Part shown: positions 1 through 8,496 of the stretch, piece after piece
Layout of the letters: each line of letters starts with the position of its first letter
Numbering within the stretch: position 1 is the stretch's first letter
Virus record (IMG/VR): IMGVR_UViG_3300011335_000433
Location: 1-53,208 of that record
DNA length: 53,208 nucleotides
Strand: one strand, 5' to 3'
From: a virus
Taxonomy: Duplodnaviria; Caudoviricetes
Program-made: the position numbers and the translations under genes
Notes under the pieces: model-generated
What the model was told of the DNA's origin: nothing
Databases searched by the model: none
Seen by the model: only the letters and a program-made list of their open reading frames with translations

Positions 1-10
1 TCTAGTCTGT

Positions 11-304
11 TCATAGTTGTTCCTTTGTGTAGAGGGGAATCCAATCATCTCCATACGCAGGTTTGTCTGATGTCCAATGAATCATTCTTGCTGGACTTGT
101 GGAAATCCACGCCACAGGCTCTTGCTCAATCTCTTGCCCAATCCTTTGTGTTTCTTGCATGGCGTGTTCTGCCAATGCTTCTTTGATGGCGGTGATAGTG
201 GCATACATTTCCGGCTCAAAGTCAGCCAAAATCCATCCGTCTTTATTTACACGCTCAATAAACTCAAGCGCCAGCTTCAATGCTTCAATTTGTTGTGGTG
301 TCAT
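11..304 (-). CDS. hypothetical phage protein (EPVAW-motif type)
   Basis: ATG at 304 overlaps the upstream stop (ATGA); product MTPQQIEALKLAL...EPVAW. Confidence 0.75.
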   Translation of the reverse strand: MTPQQIEALKLALEFIERVNKDGWILADFEPEMYATITAIKEALAEHAMQETQRIGQEIEQEPVAWISTSPARMIHWTSDKPAYGDDWIPLYTKEQL

Positions 305-567
305 GCTTGTCCCCTTGCTCGGATTGCTTCTGCCAACCCCTGCACATCGTAGTCGGGCCATCCATCAGCTACCTTTGCACATGCCTCACGCTCGGCCTCC
401 ACAGACATTTGCACCATGTTCTTGATTTGGGTTTCCAAAGACGCAAGCACAGCCTTTGCCGTTTCATCCACTGCCAAGCTGGGGTCAACCCAAATACCTT
501 CTTTTGAGATTGTCATCACGGTCTTTGTCAATGCACCATCCAAGATTTGCATTTGTTTTAAGCTCAT
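301..567 (-). CDS. hypothetical phage protein (EREACAK-motif type)
   Basis: 88-aa ORF with ATGA coupling on both sides. Confidence 0.75.
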   Translation of the reverse strand: MSLKQMQILDGALTKTVMTISKEGIWVDPSLAVDETAKAVLASLETQIKNMVQMSVEAEREACAKVADGWPDYDVQGLAEAIRARGQA

Positions 568-662
568 AGCGGTGCTTCCTCTGCGTCAGTTGGGTATGTG
601 GGTTTCGGGTTCTTTGGTTCCCTGTACGGTGGCAGGGGATGTTGTGGGAAGGGCCAAGTCAT
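564..662 (-). CDS. 32-aa Pro-rich microprotein (MTWPFPQHPLPP...)
   Basis: Translated by hand; fills the gap exactly with ATGA overlaps at both ends. Confidence 0.65.
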   Translation of the reverse strand: MTWPFPQHPLPPYREPKNPKPTYPTDAEEAPL

Positions 663-964
663 GCTTCTCTCGCTTTCAGCATGGCATCTGCAAGCAAGTA
701 TGCCCAGTCTGCCAGTTCGTCGTTGTTAATCGCACCGCCCCCATTTTCTGCAAGCATTCCCTGCATAGCCCTTGCCGCAAAGTAATCCCTCAAATCCATG
801 CCATCGTCTTCTCTCCAAAACACGTTTGGAAATGCCTTGGGTACTTTGGGGGGTAAATTCATTTCATACTCCTTAATTTGTTTTTTACGCCAGCCTGATT
901 CGTGATGCCATTGACCTTGCTTAAGGGCCAACTCTTCAAAAGCTTCGTCCTCTGGGTCTTTCAT
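659..964 (-). CDS. hypothetical phage protein (LRDYFAAxAMQ family)
   Basis: Motif MDLRDYFAARAMQG...AYLLADAML, commonly seen in phage hypotheticals; a shorter internal start is possible. Confidence 0.75.
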   Translation of the reverse strand: MKDPEDEAFEELALKQGQWHHESGWRKKQIKEYEMNLPPKVPKAFPNVFWREDDGMDLRDYFAARAMQGMLAENGGGAINNDELADWAYLLADAMLKAREA

Positions 965-1086
965 TTTTTGCTCCGATCTTGTTCATCCATCCAAAACCAA
1001 ATTTCAGCGAGTGCGTACAACACCATCCCAGCTACCGCCACGCACAAAACACCCAACAAAAAAATTGTCATCACCGTTTCAGTCAT
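961..1086 (-). CDS. 41-aa single-TM microprotein
   Basis: Hand translation MTETVMTIFLLGVLCVAVAGMVLYALAEIWFWMDEQDRSKK; ATGA overlaps. Confidence 0.65.
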   Translation of the reverse strand: MTETVMTIFLLGVLCVAVAGMVLYALAEIWFWMDEQDRSKK

Positions 1087-1178
1087 AACGCATTCCATCC
1101 ATACATGAAAAGTTCATAGATCACCCGGCACACAAGACCCCATACCGGCACGAAAAACAACATGGCAACGTATCGCAT
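1083..1178 (-). CDS. 31-aa hydrophobic microprotein
   Basis: MRYVAMLFFVPVWGLVCRVIYELFMYGWNAL; start overlaps the upstream stop. Confidence 0.55.
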   Translation of the reverse strand: MRYVAMLFFVPVWGLVCRVIYELFMYGWNAL

Positions 1179-1438
1179 CACTTTCCCCTCATTTGGAATT
1201 GATCGCACCGCTGAAGGATGAATCTGGCCTGCTGTGTGGGCTTGCCAAACCGATCCTTGATAAACATGCAGTCGCGTCCGATGTTTCCTTTGCACTCTAG
1301 GCAGATTCTGAGTTCGCAGTGATCTCGATCTCGCATCGTCATGGAAAAGGCCAAGTCGTTGGCTTCATCGTCGTTCAGGCCCTCTTGGAAAAACCGACTG
1401 CGCCGCCGCAAAAATGTTTTATCTTCTTGTTCGGTCAT
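1178..1438 (-). CDS. hypothetical protein with CxxC motif
   Basis: 86-aa ORF, RICLEC plus further Cys, coupled to neighbours. Confidence 0.75.
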   Translation of the reverse strand: MTEQEDKTFLRRRSRFFQEGLNDDEANDLAFSMTMRDRDHCELRICLECKGNIGRDCMFIKDRFGKPTQQARFILQRCDQFQMRGK

Positions 1439-1890
1439 TTGCCCACCTTCAGGTCGTGCGGTTTGCCCTTGCCCTGGATGATCTTGGTCACCCGGCTCTC
1501 AGTCTGGCGGTGGGCTTGGATCATCGTCCGTGCCGGTAGGTTGTCCAGTACCGTGCAGTAGTCCTGCAAGATCGCCCGGATTAGCTGTATGGCGCTTCCA
1601 TCAAGTCGGATAGGGTGACCCTTCAGGGATCGGTTTCCAGCCTTTGCAAGGGCCGTTGCGGCGTCCCCAATGAGGTTGTCGGGGTCTTCGACCTGCCCCA
1701 TGACAAAAAGGGTTTCCATCATGTTCAAGGCGTCCGACACCACTTTCCAATCGTCATAGGTCGGATTGGGGTCGCGCTCGAGTGCGCTCAAACCCTCGAA
1801 CATCCGGGTCAACTGGAACATCCGCTTTTCCACCGGCAAAGGCTCAGTTGGACTTGCCATCAATACATCCCAATGCGTATAGGTCTTCAA
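1435..1890 (-). CDS. hypothetical protein
   Basis: 151-aa ORF, TTG start preceded by AAGGAG RBS. Confidence 0.75.
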   Translation of the reverse strand: MKTYTHWDVLMASPTEPLPVEKRMFQLTRMFEGLSALERDPNPTYDDWKVVSDALNMMETLFVMGQVEDPDNLIGDAATALAKAGNRSLKGHPIRLDGSAIQLIRAILQDYCTVLDNLPARTMIQAHRQTESRVTKIIQGKGKPHDLKVGK

Positions 1891-1927
1891 TCACTTCTCC
1901 TTAATCCCACAACGGTGTGGTGCCATC

Positions 1928-1943
1928 ACTCTAACACGGAATT
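1928..1943 (-). promoter_or_regulatory. phage promoter motif AATTCCGTGTTAGAGT (extended -10-like)
   Basis: Matches the repeated intergenic motif at 6164-6180, 49748-49764 and 51499-51515. Confidence 0.55.
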
Positions 1944-1964
1944 ACAGTTTTGTGCAAAATTTTT

Positions 1965-2168
1965 TTAGACCCAGCCTTTGAATTCCTTAACGTGTTGGGG
2001 GATCTCTCTGTAGCCCTTACAGATCCTTAAAAAGTTCCCCACAAGCTCAGGGATTTCCTTACCGACATGATCGGTTCCCTGACACCACTTATTGAGCAAA
2101 TAAACTTGACCTTTGGTCAATCCCTGCTCATCACTGATCTCATTCAAGTATTCCTGTGTAACTATCAT
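1965..2168 (-). CDS. hypothetical protein
   Basis: ATG at 2168 preceded by GGAG; MIVTQEYLNEISDEQGLTKGQ... Confidence 0.7.
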   Translation of the reverse strand: MIVTQEYLNEISDEQGLTKGQVYLLNKWCQGTDHVGKEIPELVGNFLRICKGYREIPQHVKEFKGWV

Positions 2169-2214
2169 TTCATTCTCCAAATTTTCGTTCGCAGAGGGCA
2201 GTGACTGAGCAATG

Positions 2215-2560
2215 GACAAAAGCCACCCCAGGCCCGGAGATCCGGGGTTGGCTGAAGATCAAAGTTCGCGTCGGTTGCTCCTTCGCATCTTTGGTTACGG
2301 TCATCTCTCAATGTTCCGCCGCAACTGTCAGACATTTAGACCCATTGTGAGGCCCCACCTTGGCGCACTGACCGAGCTTGACCTGGATGTTGCCGTTGCC
2401 CCGGATAACCCCAATCTCTCGACCTGGATCCGTTCTGGCGGTTTACTCAACACCCAGCGCTATCTCCACCCGCGCCTGCCGCATCGGTTAGTTTTTACGG
2501 CTCTCGCCCCAAGCCAAAACGTTCGTGATCACCAAAAGTCTTGGGGCAAGCAAGGCGTGA
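2215..2560 (-). ncRNA. candidate structured non-coding RNA or origin-associated region
   Basis: No credible sense ORF; several stems (CTTGCCCCAAG/CTTGGGGCGAG, GCCGTA/TGCGGC, CGCCT/AGGCG); terminal GC hairpin followed by TTTT. Confidence 0.45.
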
Positions 2561-2690
2561 AAAACAAAAAAGCCGTTAAGACAAACCCCGGTGAGAAAAC
2601 ACCCCAGCTTTTTGGGCTGACGCGCTACCCCATTCGGGGTCGGGATTTGACTTAACGGCTTTCATGCTTCGGTTCTCACACCTTGCATTT
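2561..2690 (-). ncRNA. structured leader RNA with c4/CI-antisense-like architecture, ending in a U-tract
   Basis: About 22-bp basal stem (2569-2590 with 2641-2662), two internal hairpins, and 7-nt complementarity between an upstream loop GTGAGAA and an internal TTCTCAC. Confidence 0.55.
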
Positions 2691-2696
2691 GCTGAA

Positions 2697-2726
2697 ATTC
2701 TATCAACACGCCTCAAGACGTGTCAA
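2697..2726 (-). promoter_or_regulatory. sigma70-type promoter
   Basis: TTGACA-18 nt-TAGAAT directly upstream of the structured RNA. Confidence 0.7.
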
Positions 2727-3581
2727 TACCCCCTTTCGGCACTCCATCATCTTTTGCACAACCATCCACAGGCTTTTCTTTGTGTGCAGGTCGTTGGCGT
2801 CCATCCCCACCTCGTCGGCCATCGTCCAGGGCAATCCTGTTGCAACCGCACTGTTCTCGCCGGTTTTGGACTCGTCGTTGTCAGCAAATACGAAGCGGTT
2901 GCCCTTGATCTGCGGGGCCACCTGCACGAGGTTTGATGCTGAAAAGCACACCACCACGCTGGCCGCTGAACCCGTGCTCCTGAGGGCGTGATGCAACGAC
3001 AGCCCCGTGGCGTAGCCCTCCACCAGCCAGATCTCAGGGGCATCCTTGACGCCCATCCAAAGAACCGCATTCTTGGCCCTCATACCAGCCAACATCTTCT
3101 TGTGGTATTTTCGCAACTCAGCATCCCACCAGATTTCCTGATAGCCCTGAAGGATATTGGTCACCACGTTGCGCATGGGGATCAACAGCTTGCCGTCCAG
3201 CACCAAGCCCTTCATCTCAGGAAAGCCCTTCATGTGCAAATAGTTGTGGGTTTCCATCTTGGCCGACCGCAGGATCATGTCGGCCTTTTGGGCGGTCATC
3301 TGGTACCGGCGCTCCTGGGAATCCTCAGTAGAACGCTTTTTGGCCCCCCAGGCGCGTTTTTCTTCATCAGTCCAGGGCTTGGTATTCCCGTCCTGATACC
3401 AGATCACTGTGGAGCCATCTGCCCAGTTTTGAACCCAGCCCCGGCGACCGTCCCAAAAGTAGGCCCCGTTGTCCGAGCGGGGCTTGTCCACCGTCCCACA
3501 GCGCTTGATCCGCTCAGAGGCGATCAACCGGTTGGGGTCGATCTCCACCCCGTGGATGCGTGCAAAGTCAATGAAGCTCAT
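2703..3581 (-). CDS. Toprim-domain DNA primase (TraC/P4-like)
   Basis: Toprim motifs LVEGYATG and FADND; ATGA overlap with the helicase stop. Confidence 0.85.
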   Translation of the reverse strand: MSFIDFARIHGVEIDPNRLIASERIKRCGTVDKPRSDNGAYFWDGRRGWVQNWADGSTVIWYQDGNTKPWTDEEKRAWGAKKRSTEDSQERRYQMTAQKADMILRSAKMETHNYLHMKGFPEMKGLVLDGKLLIPMRNVVTNILQGYQEIWWDAELRKYHKKMLAGMRAKNAVLWMGVKDAPEIWLVEGYATGLSLHHALRSTGSAASVVVCFSASNLVQVAPQIKGNRFVFADNDESKTGENSAVATGLPWTMADEVGMDANDLHTKKSLWMVVQKMMECRKGVLTRLEAC

Positions 3582-5107
3582 TTGCTCATTCCCCGTTGAA
3601 ATGCCATGTTCAAGGATCTGATCTTGTTGTACACGTTCTTGCTGATCTCCACCGTGGGGGCCTTGCTGAACTGCCAGCGAGTCTCTTGGCCGGTGATCTT
3701 TTTGTACAGGTGCCACGCCCGACCGGACTGCTTGTCAGGCTGACTGTGGTGCCGTGCGTATGAGCACACCTGATTCCACAGGTGCTCCGCGTTGTCGGCC
3801 AGCTTCTTTTTGTTCTTGCCCTCACCGATGTAGATCTCTTTCATGTGGCCTGGAAGGGCCTCTTGGATCGCTGGGGATACCTTCTCATACCCGCAGGCCA
3901 TACAGCGCTTGCTGAAGGGTTTGTAGCCACAGCGTGGGCATCCCTTCAACTCGTGTTCCTCGTCCTTACGGATCGTCTTGTCGAGCTTTTCACCGTCATC
4001 GAGCTTGGCCAAACCGTTGAAGAAGATCTCAGTAAAGTCATCGGCAAAGCGCACGATGTTGCCGCTGAAGTCCAGCAAATAGCAGTCGGTCTTGCCGGTG
4101 CCGGGTGAGGAGCGCAACCCACGGCCCCACATCTGGATGGCGGTGGACAGCGATTTACGCAGGGGGCGTGCATCGCACACACAGCCCACGTCAGGCACGT
4201 CAAACCCCTTGGCCAGGGCCTCCACGCTGATCAAGATTTTGAGCATGCTGTTGGGCTTGCGGTACTCGTCCAGCAAGGTCTTGCGCTCTTTGTCCGTGGT
4301 TTCGGATGTGAACACAGCGGCCATGATGCCCTGGCTGATGAACTGCTGGGCCAATTCCTGGCAGTGCTTGATGGTGGCACCAAAGATGATGGTTTTGCGG
4401 TTTTCAGCAAATCGAATCCACTCAGTGACCACATCCCCCACGATGGCCATGCCGCGCTCCTCAGCGGCCTTGTCCGTCCACTCACCACCGGCAGTCTTGG
4501 CCCCGCTCATGTCGGGCTTGGTGCAGGAAAAGATCCGCATGGGCACCAGCACACCGGACTCGGTCAGTTCGTGCATGGTGGTGGCGTTGATCAGGTTGGT
4601 GAAGATCTTCCCCAAGCCTACGCTGAATGGCGTGGCCGACAACCCAATCACGGCGGCACCAGTGGTCTGGGCGAATTCCGTCCAAGCCTTGTAGGTGGTG
4701 TGGGCCTCATCGACCACGAGCACATCCAGCTTTGGCCAGAACTCCCGCTTGGCAATCGTCTGCACTGAGGCGATCTGGAGCAGGGCCTCTGGCCTGCGCC
4801 GCCAGTGTTCAGCCTGGATGACCCCGTGGGAGGTCAATCCGTAGGCATCAGCAACCTCTGAGGTCTGGTTGATCAGCGTGGTGCGGTCACACAGGAAAAC
4901 CGCACGCTTACCCCTTTGCATGGCCTCATTGCAGATCCGCAAACCAAGGTAGGTTTTACCGGCACCGGTGGGTGCCATGATGATCTGGTTTTTGTGGCCA
5001 TCACGGAACCCTTGGCGCAGGGAGTTGTGAGCGTTGGTTTGGAAGGGGCGGGGAGCGGGGAAGGTGGTTCCATCATCACACCGCTCAGGTGCTAGGAGTT
5101 CAGTCAT
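3578..5107 (-). CDS. superfamily II (DEAH) helicase with C-terminal Zn ribbon
   Basis: APTGAGKT, VVDEAH, GLSATP, GFDVPD, QMWGRGLR; CPRC...CMAC. Confidence 0.92.
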   Translation of the reverse strand: MTELLAPERCDDGTTFPAPRPFQTNAHNSLRQGFRDGHKNQIIMAPTGAGKTYLGLRICNEAMQRGKRAVFLCDRTTLINQTSEVADAYGLTSHGVIQAEHWRRRPEALLQIASVQTIAKREFWPKLDVLVVDEAHTTYKAWTEFAQTTGAAVIGLSATPFSVGLGKIFTNLINATTMHELTESGVLVPMRIFSCTKPDMSGAKTAGGEWTDKAAEERGMAIVGDVVTEWIRFAENRKTIIFGATIKHCQELAQQFISQGIMAAVFTSETTDKERKTLLDEYRKPNSMLKILISVEALAKGFDVPDVGCVCDARPLRKSLSTAIQMWGRGLRSSPGTGKTDCYLLDFSGNIVRFADDFTEIFFNGLAKLDDGEKLDKTIRKDEEHELKGCPRCGYKPFSKRCMACGYEKVSPAIQEALPGHMKEIYIGEGKNKKKLADNAEHLWNQVCSYARHHSQPDKQSGRAWHLYKKITGQETRWQFSKAPTVEISKNVYNKIRSLNMAFQRGMSK

Positions 5108-5886
5108 TTTTTGGCCTTGTCGAGTTGTTTTTGGAGCTTCTTGCATTCTTTGACCAACTCATTCTTTTCCCTCATGAGGGCGTCGATCCGAAGTTGCATC
5201 TGGGCGTTGAGGAAATTCAACCGCTCGATTTCTGCGTGCTGTTGGGCCATCTTGTCATCGGCCTCGAGGAAGCGATGCATAGCCTCAATGTCAGCGGCCA
5301 GGGCCATGTCGTTGGCCTTCAGTTCATCGGCATCGGGGGCAAAGTCGTCTTCAGGCTTTGTAAGTTCCGTGTCAGCCCTGGTTAAACCAGGGTCTTCGGC
5401 CTCGGTTTCAAGCTTCTTTTTGAAATGGCGCTCAATCTTTTCTACTTGTTTGGCTTTGGCCTCTGGGCTACGGACAGCGGCCACAAAGGTGCTGGACACG
5501 GCACAAAGCTTGGCAATTTTTTCGTTGCTCAGGTCTTTAGTGTCCTCATGGATCAAAGCCGCTTCGACCACCCGGCGCTTAGTGGCGTTGTTGCGTTGCA
5601 AACCATGTCTCCCATTGACGCCCATGGCGATCACCTGGGCCTCACGCTGAGTACCGGGCTTGTACTCCACATCAACCATCTTTGCGCCAAGTGCCATGTA
5701 GGCAAAGTAGCGGTGAAACCCATCAACCAGCCAATGGGTTGACCCATCAAACACGGTTTCCATAGAAGGAAACTCATCACCATCGCGCATTGCCTCAACA
5801 TATTCACGCACAACATCTTGGTTAATCTGATCGCGGTACTGTGTACCACCATCAATCCGGATGTATTCCAATTTTACTTTTTTCAT
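5104..5886 (-). CDS. ParB/Srx-like N-terminal domain protein with HTH and coiled coil
   Basis: LVDGFHRYFA ParB-like motif; LSNEKIAKLCAVSSTFVAAVR HTH; AAGGAG RBS. Confidence 0.8.
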   Translation of the reverse strand: MKKVKLEYIRIDGGTQYRDQINQDVVREYVEAMRDGDEFPSMETVFDGSTHWLVDGFHRYFAYMALGAKMVDVEYKPGTQREAQVIAMGVNGRHGLQRNNATKRRVVEAALIHEDTKDLSNEKIAKLCAVSSTFVAAVRSPEAKAKQVEKIERHFKKKLETEAEDPGLTRADTELTKPEDDFAPDADELKANDMALAADIEAMHRFLEADDKMAQQHAEIERLNFLNAQMQLRIDALMREKNELVKECKKLQKQLDKAKK

Positions 5887-5915
5887 TTTCACTCCTTAAA
5901 CACTCAACATTGAGT

Positions 5916-6116
5916 TCATGCGAAAAGATCCGGGCGCAGGTGCTTGCGCGTGACCTTGCCCTTCGTTGCCTTTTCAATCCGTTTGGCCAACTCAGCGGAG
6001 CAATTGCGTCTACCACTGATCAGCAGGCCCATCCAAGTCGGCGTGATGCCCAGTCGAGCGGCCAACTCTTGCTTGGCACCTCGCGGTTCATCATCAAAGT
6101 ATTTTTTTAGATTCAT
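5916..6116 (-). CDS. Cro/YdaS-like HTH regulator
   Basis: ELAARLGIT...ISGRR...IEKATKGKVTRKHLRPD pattern; first gene after the divergent promoter. Confidence 0.85.
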   Translation of the reverse strand: MNLKKYFDDEPRGAKQELAARLGITPTWMGLLISGRRNCSAELAKRIEKATKGKVTRKHLRPDLFA

Positions 6117-6144
6117 TTGTTGCTCTCTAACATGGGGTTTGAAA

Positions 6145-6181
6145 AAACTATAACACATTTTCAAATTCCGTGTTATAGTTT
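6145..6181. promoter_or_regulatory. back-to-back divergent promoters formed by a 12-bp inverted repeat
   Basis: AAACTATAACAC-13 nt-GTGTTATAGTTT; each arm reads TG-T-TATAGT (extended -10) on its own strand. Confidence 0.7.
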
Positions 6182-6236
6182 GCCTACGGTCACAAGACCG
6201 GGTTTGTCCGACATGGACGTTTTTTCAGGAGTTGAT

Positions 6237-6878
6237 ATGAGTTTTATTGTTGAAGACAAGGGCGGTGATTTTGAACGCTGTCCATCCGGTATGCATCTTG
6301 GTCGGTGTTACCGAATAATCGACTTGGGTACCCAGAAGTCAGAGTATATGGGGCAGGTCAAATACCTCCACAAAGTGATGCTCGGCTGGGAGCTTCACGG
6401 CACAAACGATGCCGGTGAGCCCCTCAAGATGAAAGACGGTCGCCCGTTTGGTATCTTCAAGAACTACACCTTGTCGTGGTCGGAAAAAGCCAACCTTCGG
6501 CTTGACCTTCAATCATGGCGTGGCAAGCAATTCTCGCAAGAGGAAATGCGCCGCTTTGACTTGAAGACAGTGCTGGGTGTGTGGTGCATGCTCAACATCA
6601 TCGACCGTGTGGGCAACGATGGCAAAACCTACACCAACGTCAATGGCCTCACGCCAGTGCCCTCGGTGATCAAGCAAGCTGGTTTGCCTGCGCCAGTGAA
6701 CAAAAACGAGTTGTTCAACATCGGTGACCCCGATATGGCCATGTTTGAAACTTTCAGCGAAAACCTGAAGAAGAAGATTTCATCGTCACCGGAATGGCAA
6801 AAGCGGAACGCACCACAAAACAGTGCGCCTGAGTCTGCCGCCCCATATGACGATATGGACGATTCAATTCCTTTCTGA
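6237..6878 (+). CDS. single-stranded DNA-binding protein (phage type)
   Basis: Acidic C-terminal tail DDMDDSIPF; CAGGAG RBS; adjacent to an exonuclease. Confidence 0.75.
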   Translation: MSFIVEDKGGDFERCPSGMHLGRCYRIIDLGTQKSEYMGQVKYLHKVMLGWELHGTNDAGEPLKMKDGRPFGIFKNYTLSWSEKANLRLDLQSWRGKQFSQEEMRRFDLKTVLGVWCMLNIIDRVGNDGKTYTNVNGLTPVPSVIKQAGLPAPVNKNELFNIGDPDMAMFETFSENLKKKISSSPEWQKRNAPQNSAPESAAPYDDMDDSIPF

Positions 6879-6888
6879 TGGAGGCAAC

Positions 6889-7245
6889 ATGGACGTAAAG
6901 CAACAAGCCCTCGAAAAAGTCATCAAGATGCTCGACAACATCGGTGTTGAATTCGCTGTGATCGACTTTGATGGAAAGAAACACGGGAACCTTGAGGTGA
7001 CCCCACCCAAGCCCGAACGCACCCGCACAAAGTATGACGAACCACACGGAGAGGTCACTAAATATGTCCGGGGTTACATCGGTGAAATGAAGCCCGGTGA
7101 TGTGGTTGAGGTACCCGCAAAGTACGGACGAAGACGAACCCAATCAGCCCTGTCTGGGTATGCGTGTCGGATCTTTGGAAACGGCAACACCGTCACCTCG
7201 TACAACACCACCAAAGACGCCCTTGAAATCATGCGCATTTTGTAA
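6889..7245 (+). CDS. hypothetical protein
   Basis: GGAGG RBS before ATG 6889. Confidence 0.75.
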   Translation: MDVKQQALEKVIKMLDNIGVEFAVIDFDGKKHGNLEVTPPKPERTRTKYDEPHGEVTKYVRGYIGEMKPGDVVEVPAKYGRRRTQSALSGYACRIFGNGNTVTSYNTTKDALEIMRIL

Positions 7246-7253
7246 GGAAACAC

Positions 7254-8048
7254 ATGACCACAATCATCGCAAGATCGGCTGAATCCGTTCACTGGTATCG
7301 CCAGGACGGTGGGCCGCAGTACACGGTCAAGGCCAAAGATGGCTCAGACCGCTCTACGACCCTCAGGGACGCACGAAAGATGAACTTGGTACCTTCGGTC
7401 ACCACGGTCATGAAAATCGCCGCAAAGCCCGGTTTGGAGGCTTGGAAGCTGGAGCAAATGCTCCTTGCCGCCCTGACCCTGCCCAGGCTTCCCCAGGAAC
7501 CCGAAAAGTCCTTCATCGCTCGAGTGGTGGCCGACTCCAAGGAATCCGCAAAGATGGCCGCTGAACGGGGGACTCGCATCCATGAGTCCATCGAAAAGCA
7601 CTATCGGGGGGAGCCCAACGAGCACAGCGCCATCTCCAAAGCCTTTGAGGAAAAGATCTTCGACCACTTCAAGACCCACCCCAACCAAAAGTGGGAAACC
7701 GAAGTGTCGTTTGCTCACCCCATGGGCTTTGGCGGCAAGGTGGACTTGTTTACCCGGCCAGATGAATCCGCACCCAACGGGATCATGCTGGACGCCAAAT
7801 CAAAGGAATTCGGGCCCGACGATGATGTGGTCGCTTATGACGAACACCTCATGCAACTTGCGGCATACCGCAATGGCGTGGATATGCCCCATGCACGGTG
7901 CGCAAACGTGTTTGTGTCCGTCACCCACCCCGGCTTGATCAGAGTCTACGAATGGTCAGAGGAGGAGCTTCAAAAGGGCTGGAATATGTTCCAGGCTTTG
8001 CTCACCTACTGGAAACTGAAAAACAATTTTGGAGAAATCGATGGATAG
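7254..8048 (+). CDS. PD-(D/E)xK exonuclease (lambda-exo/RecB-like)
   Basis: PSVTT, RGTRIH, GGKVDL, LDAKS and QLAAY motifs. Confidence 0.85.
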   Translation: MTTIIARSAESVHWYRQDGGPQYTVKAKDGSDRSTTLRDARKMNLVPSVTTVMKIAAKPGLEAWKLEQMLLAALTLPRLPQEPEKSFIARVVADSKESAKMAAERGTRIHESIEKHYRGEPNEHSAISKAFEEKIFDHFKTHPNQKWETEVSFAHPMGFGGKVDLFTRPDESAPNGIMLDAKSKEFGPDDDVVAYDEHLMQLAAYRNGVDMPHARCANVFVSVTHPGLIRVYEWSEEELQKGWNMFQALLTYWKLKNNFGEIDG

Positions 8049-8265
8049 TGATCAGAAATTTTGGCTTTGCACATGGGTGTTGGGGTTGATGTTTATGTTG
8101 GCCCTGATCGCCTCATGCACCATCAACGCCCTTGATCGCCGCGACAAGTGGGAAAAGACCGTCAGCAATGGTGCCGACCCCATGGTCACCACTTGCGCTC
8201 TTTATGGTTCGGACACCCATGGCGAAACCGCCATTTGCACAATCTTGGCTCAAAACCGTAAATAA
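8041..8265 (+). CDS. small membrane protein
   Basis: N-terminal hydrophobic helix; GGAG RBS; overlaps the exonuclease stop. Confidence 0.65.
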   Translation: MDSDQKFWLCTWVLGLMFMLALIASCTINALDRRDKWEKTVSNGADPMVTTCALYGSDTHGETAICTILAQNRK

Positions 8266-8274
8266 GGAAACAGC

Positions 8275-8496
8275 ATGTACCTCACCACCGAAGAGATCCG
8301 CGACACCTTCATCAACACCAAGCTGGAGGAGAACTACAACTTCCTTGAGGAAGACCTGGAAAAGCTTGCCAGTGCCTTTGTGATGGCCGCAATGCCCAAG
8401 ATCGTCCGCACTGAGCGCACCATGTGCATCAACTTCGTGCGCACCCTCAACGGGCCTGTGGCACAAGCCTTGGAAGACAAGCGAGGAGCGCTGTAA
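8275..8496 (+). CDS. hypothetical protein
   Basis: AAGGA RBS; 73 aa. Confidence 0.7.
   Translation: MYLTTEEIRDTFINTKLEENYNFLEEDLEKLASAFVMAAMPKIVRTERTMCINFVRTLNGPVAQALEDKRGAL

Noticed and set aside
2212-2655. 147-aa plus-strand ORF
   Set aside because: Opposes operon polarity, lacks an RBS and recognisable motifs, and overlaps the structured minus-strand region
2569-2662. Possible tRNA (cloverleaf-like fold)
   Set aside because: No TTCGA T-loop, D-loop or CCA end; the basal stem is far too long
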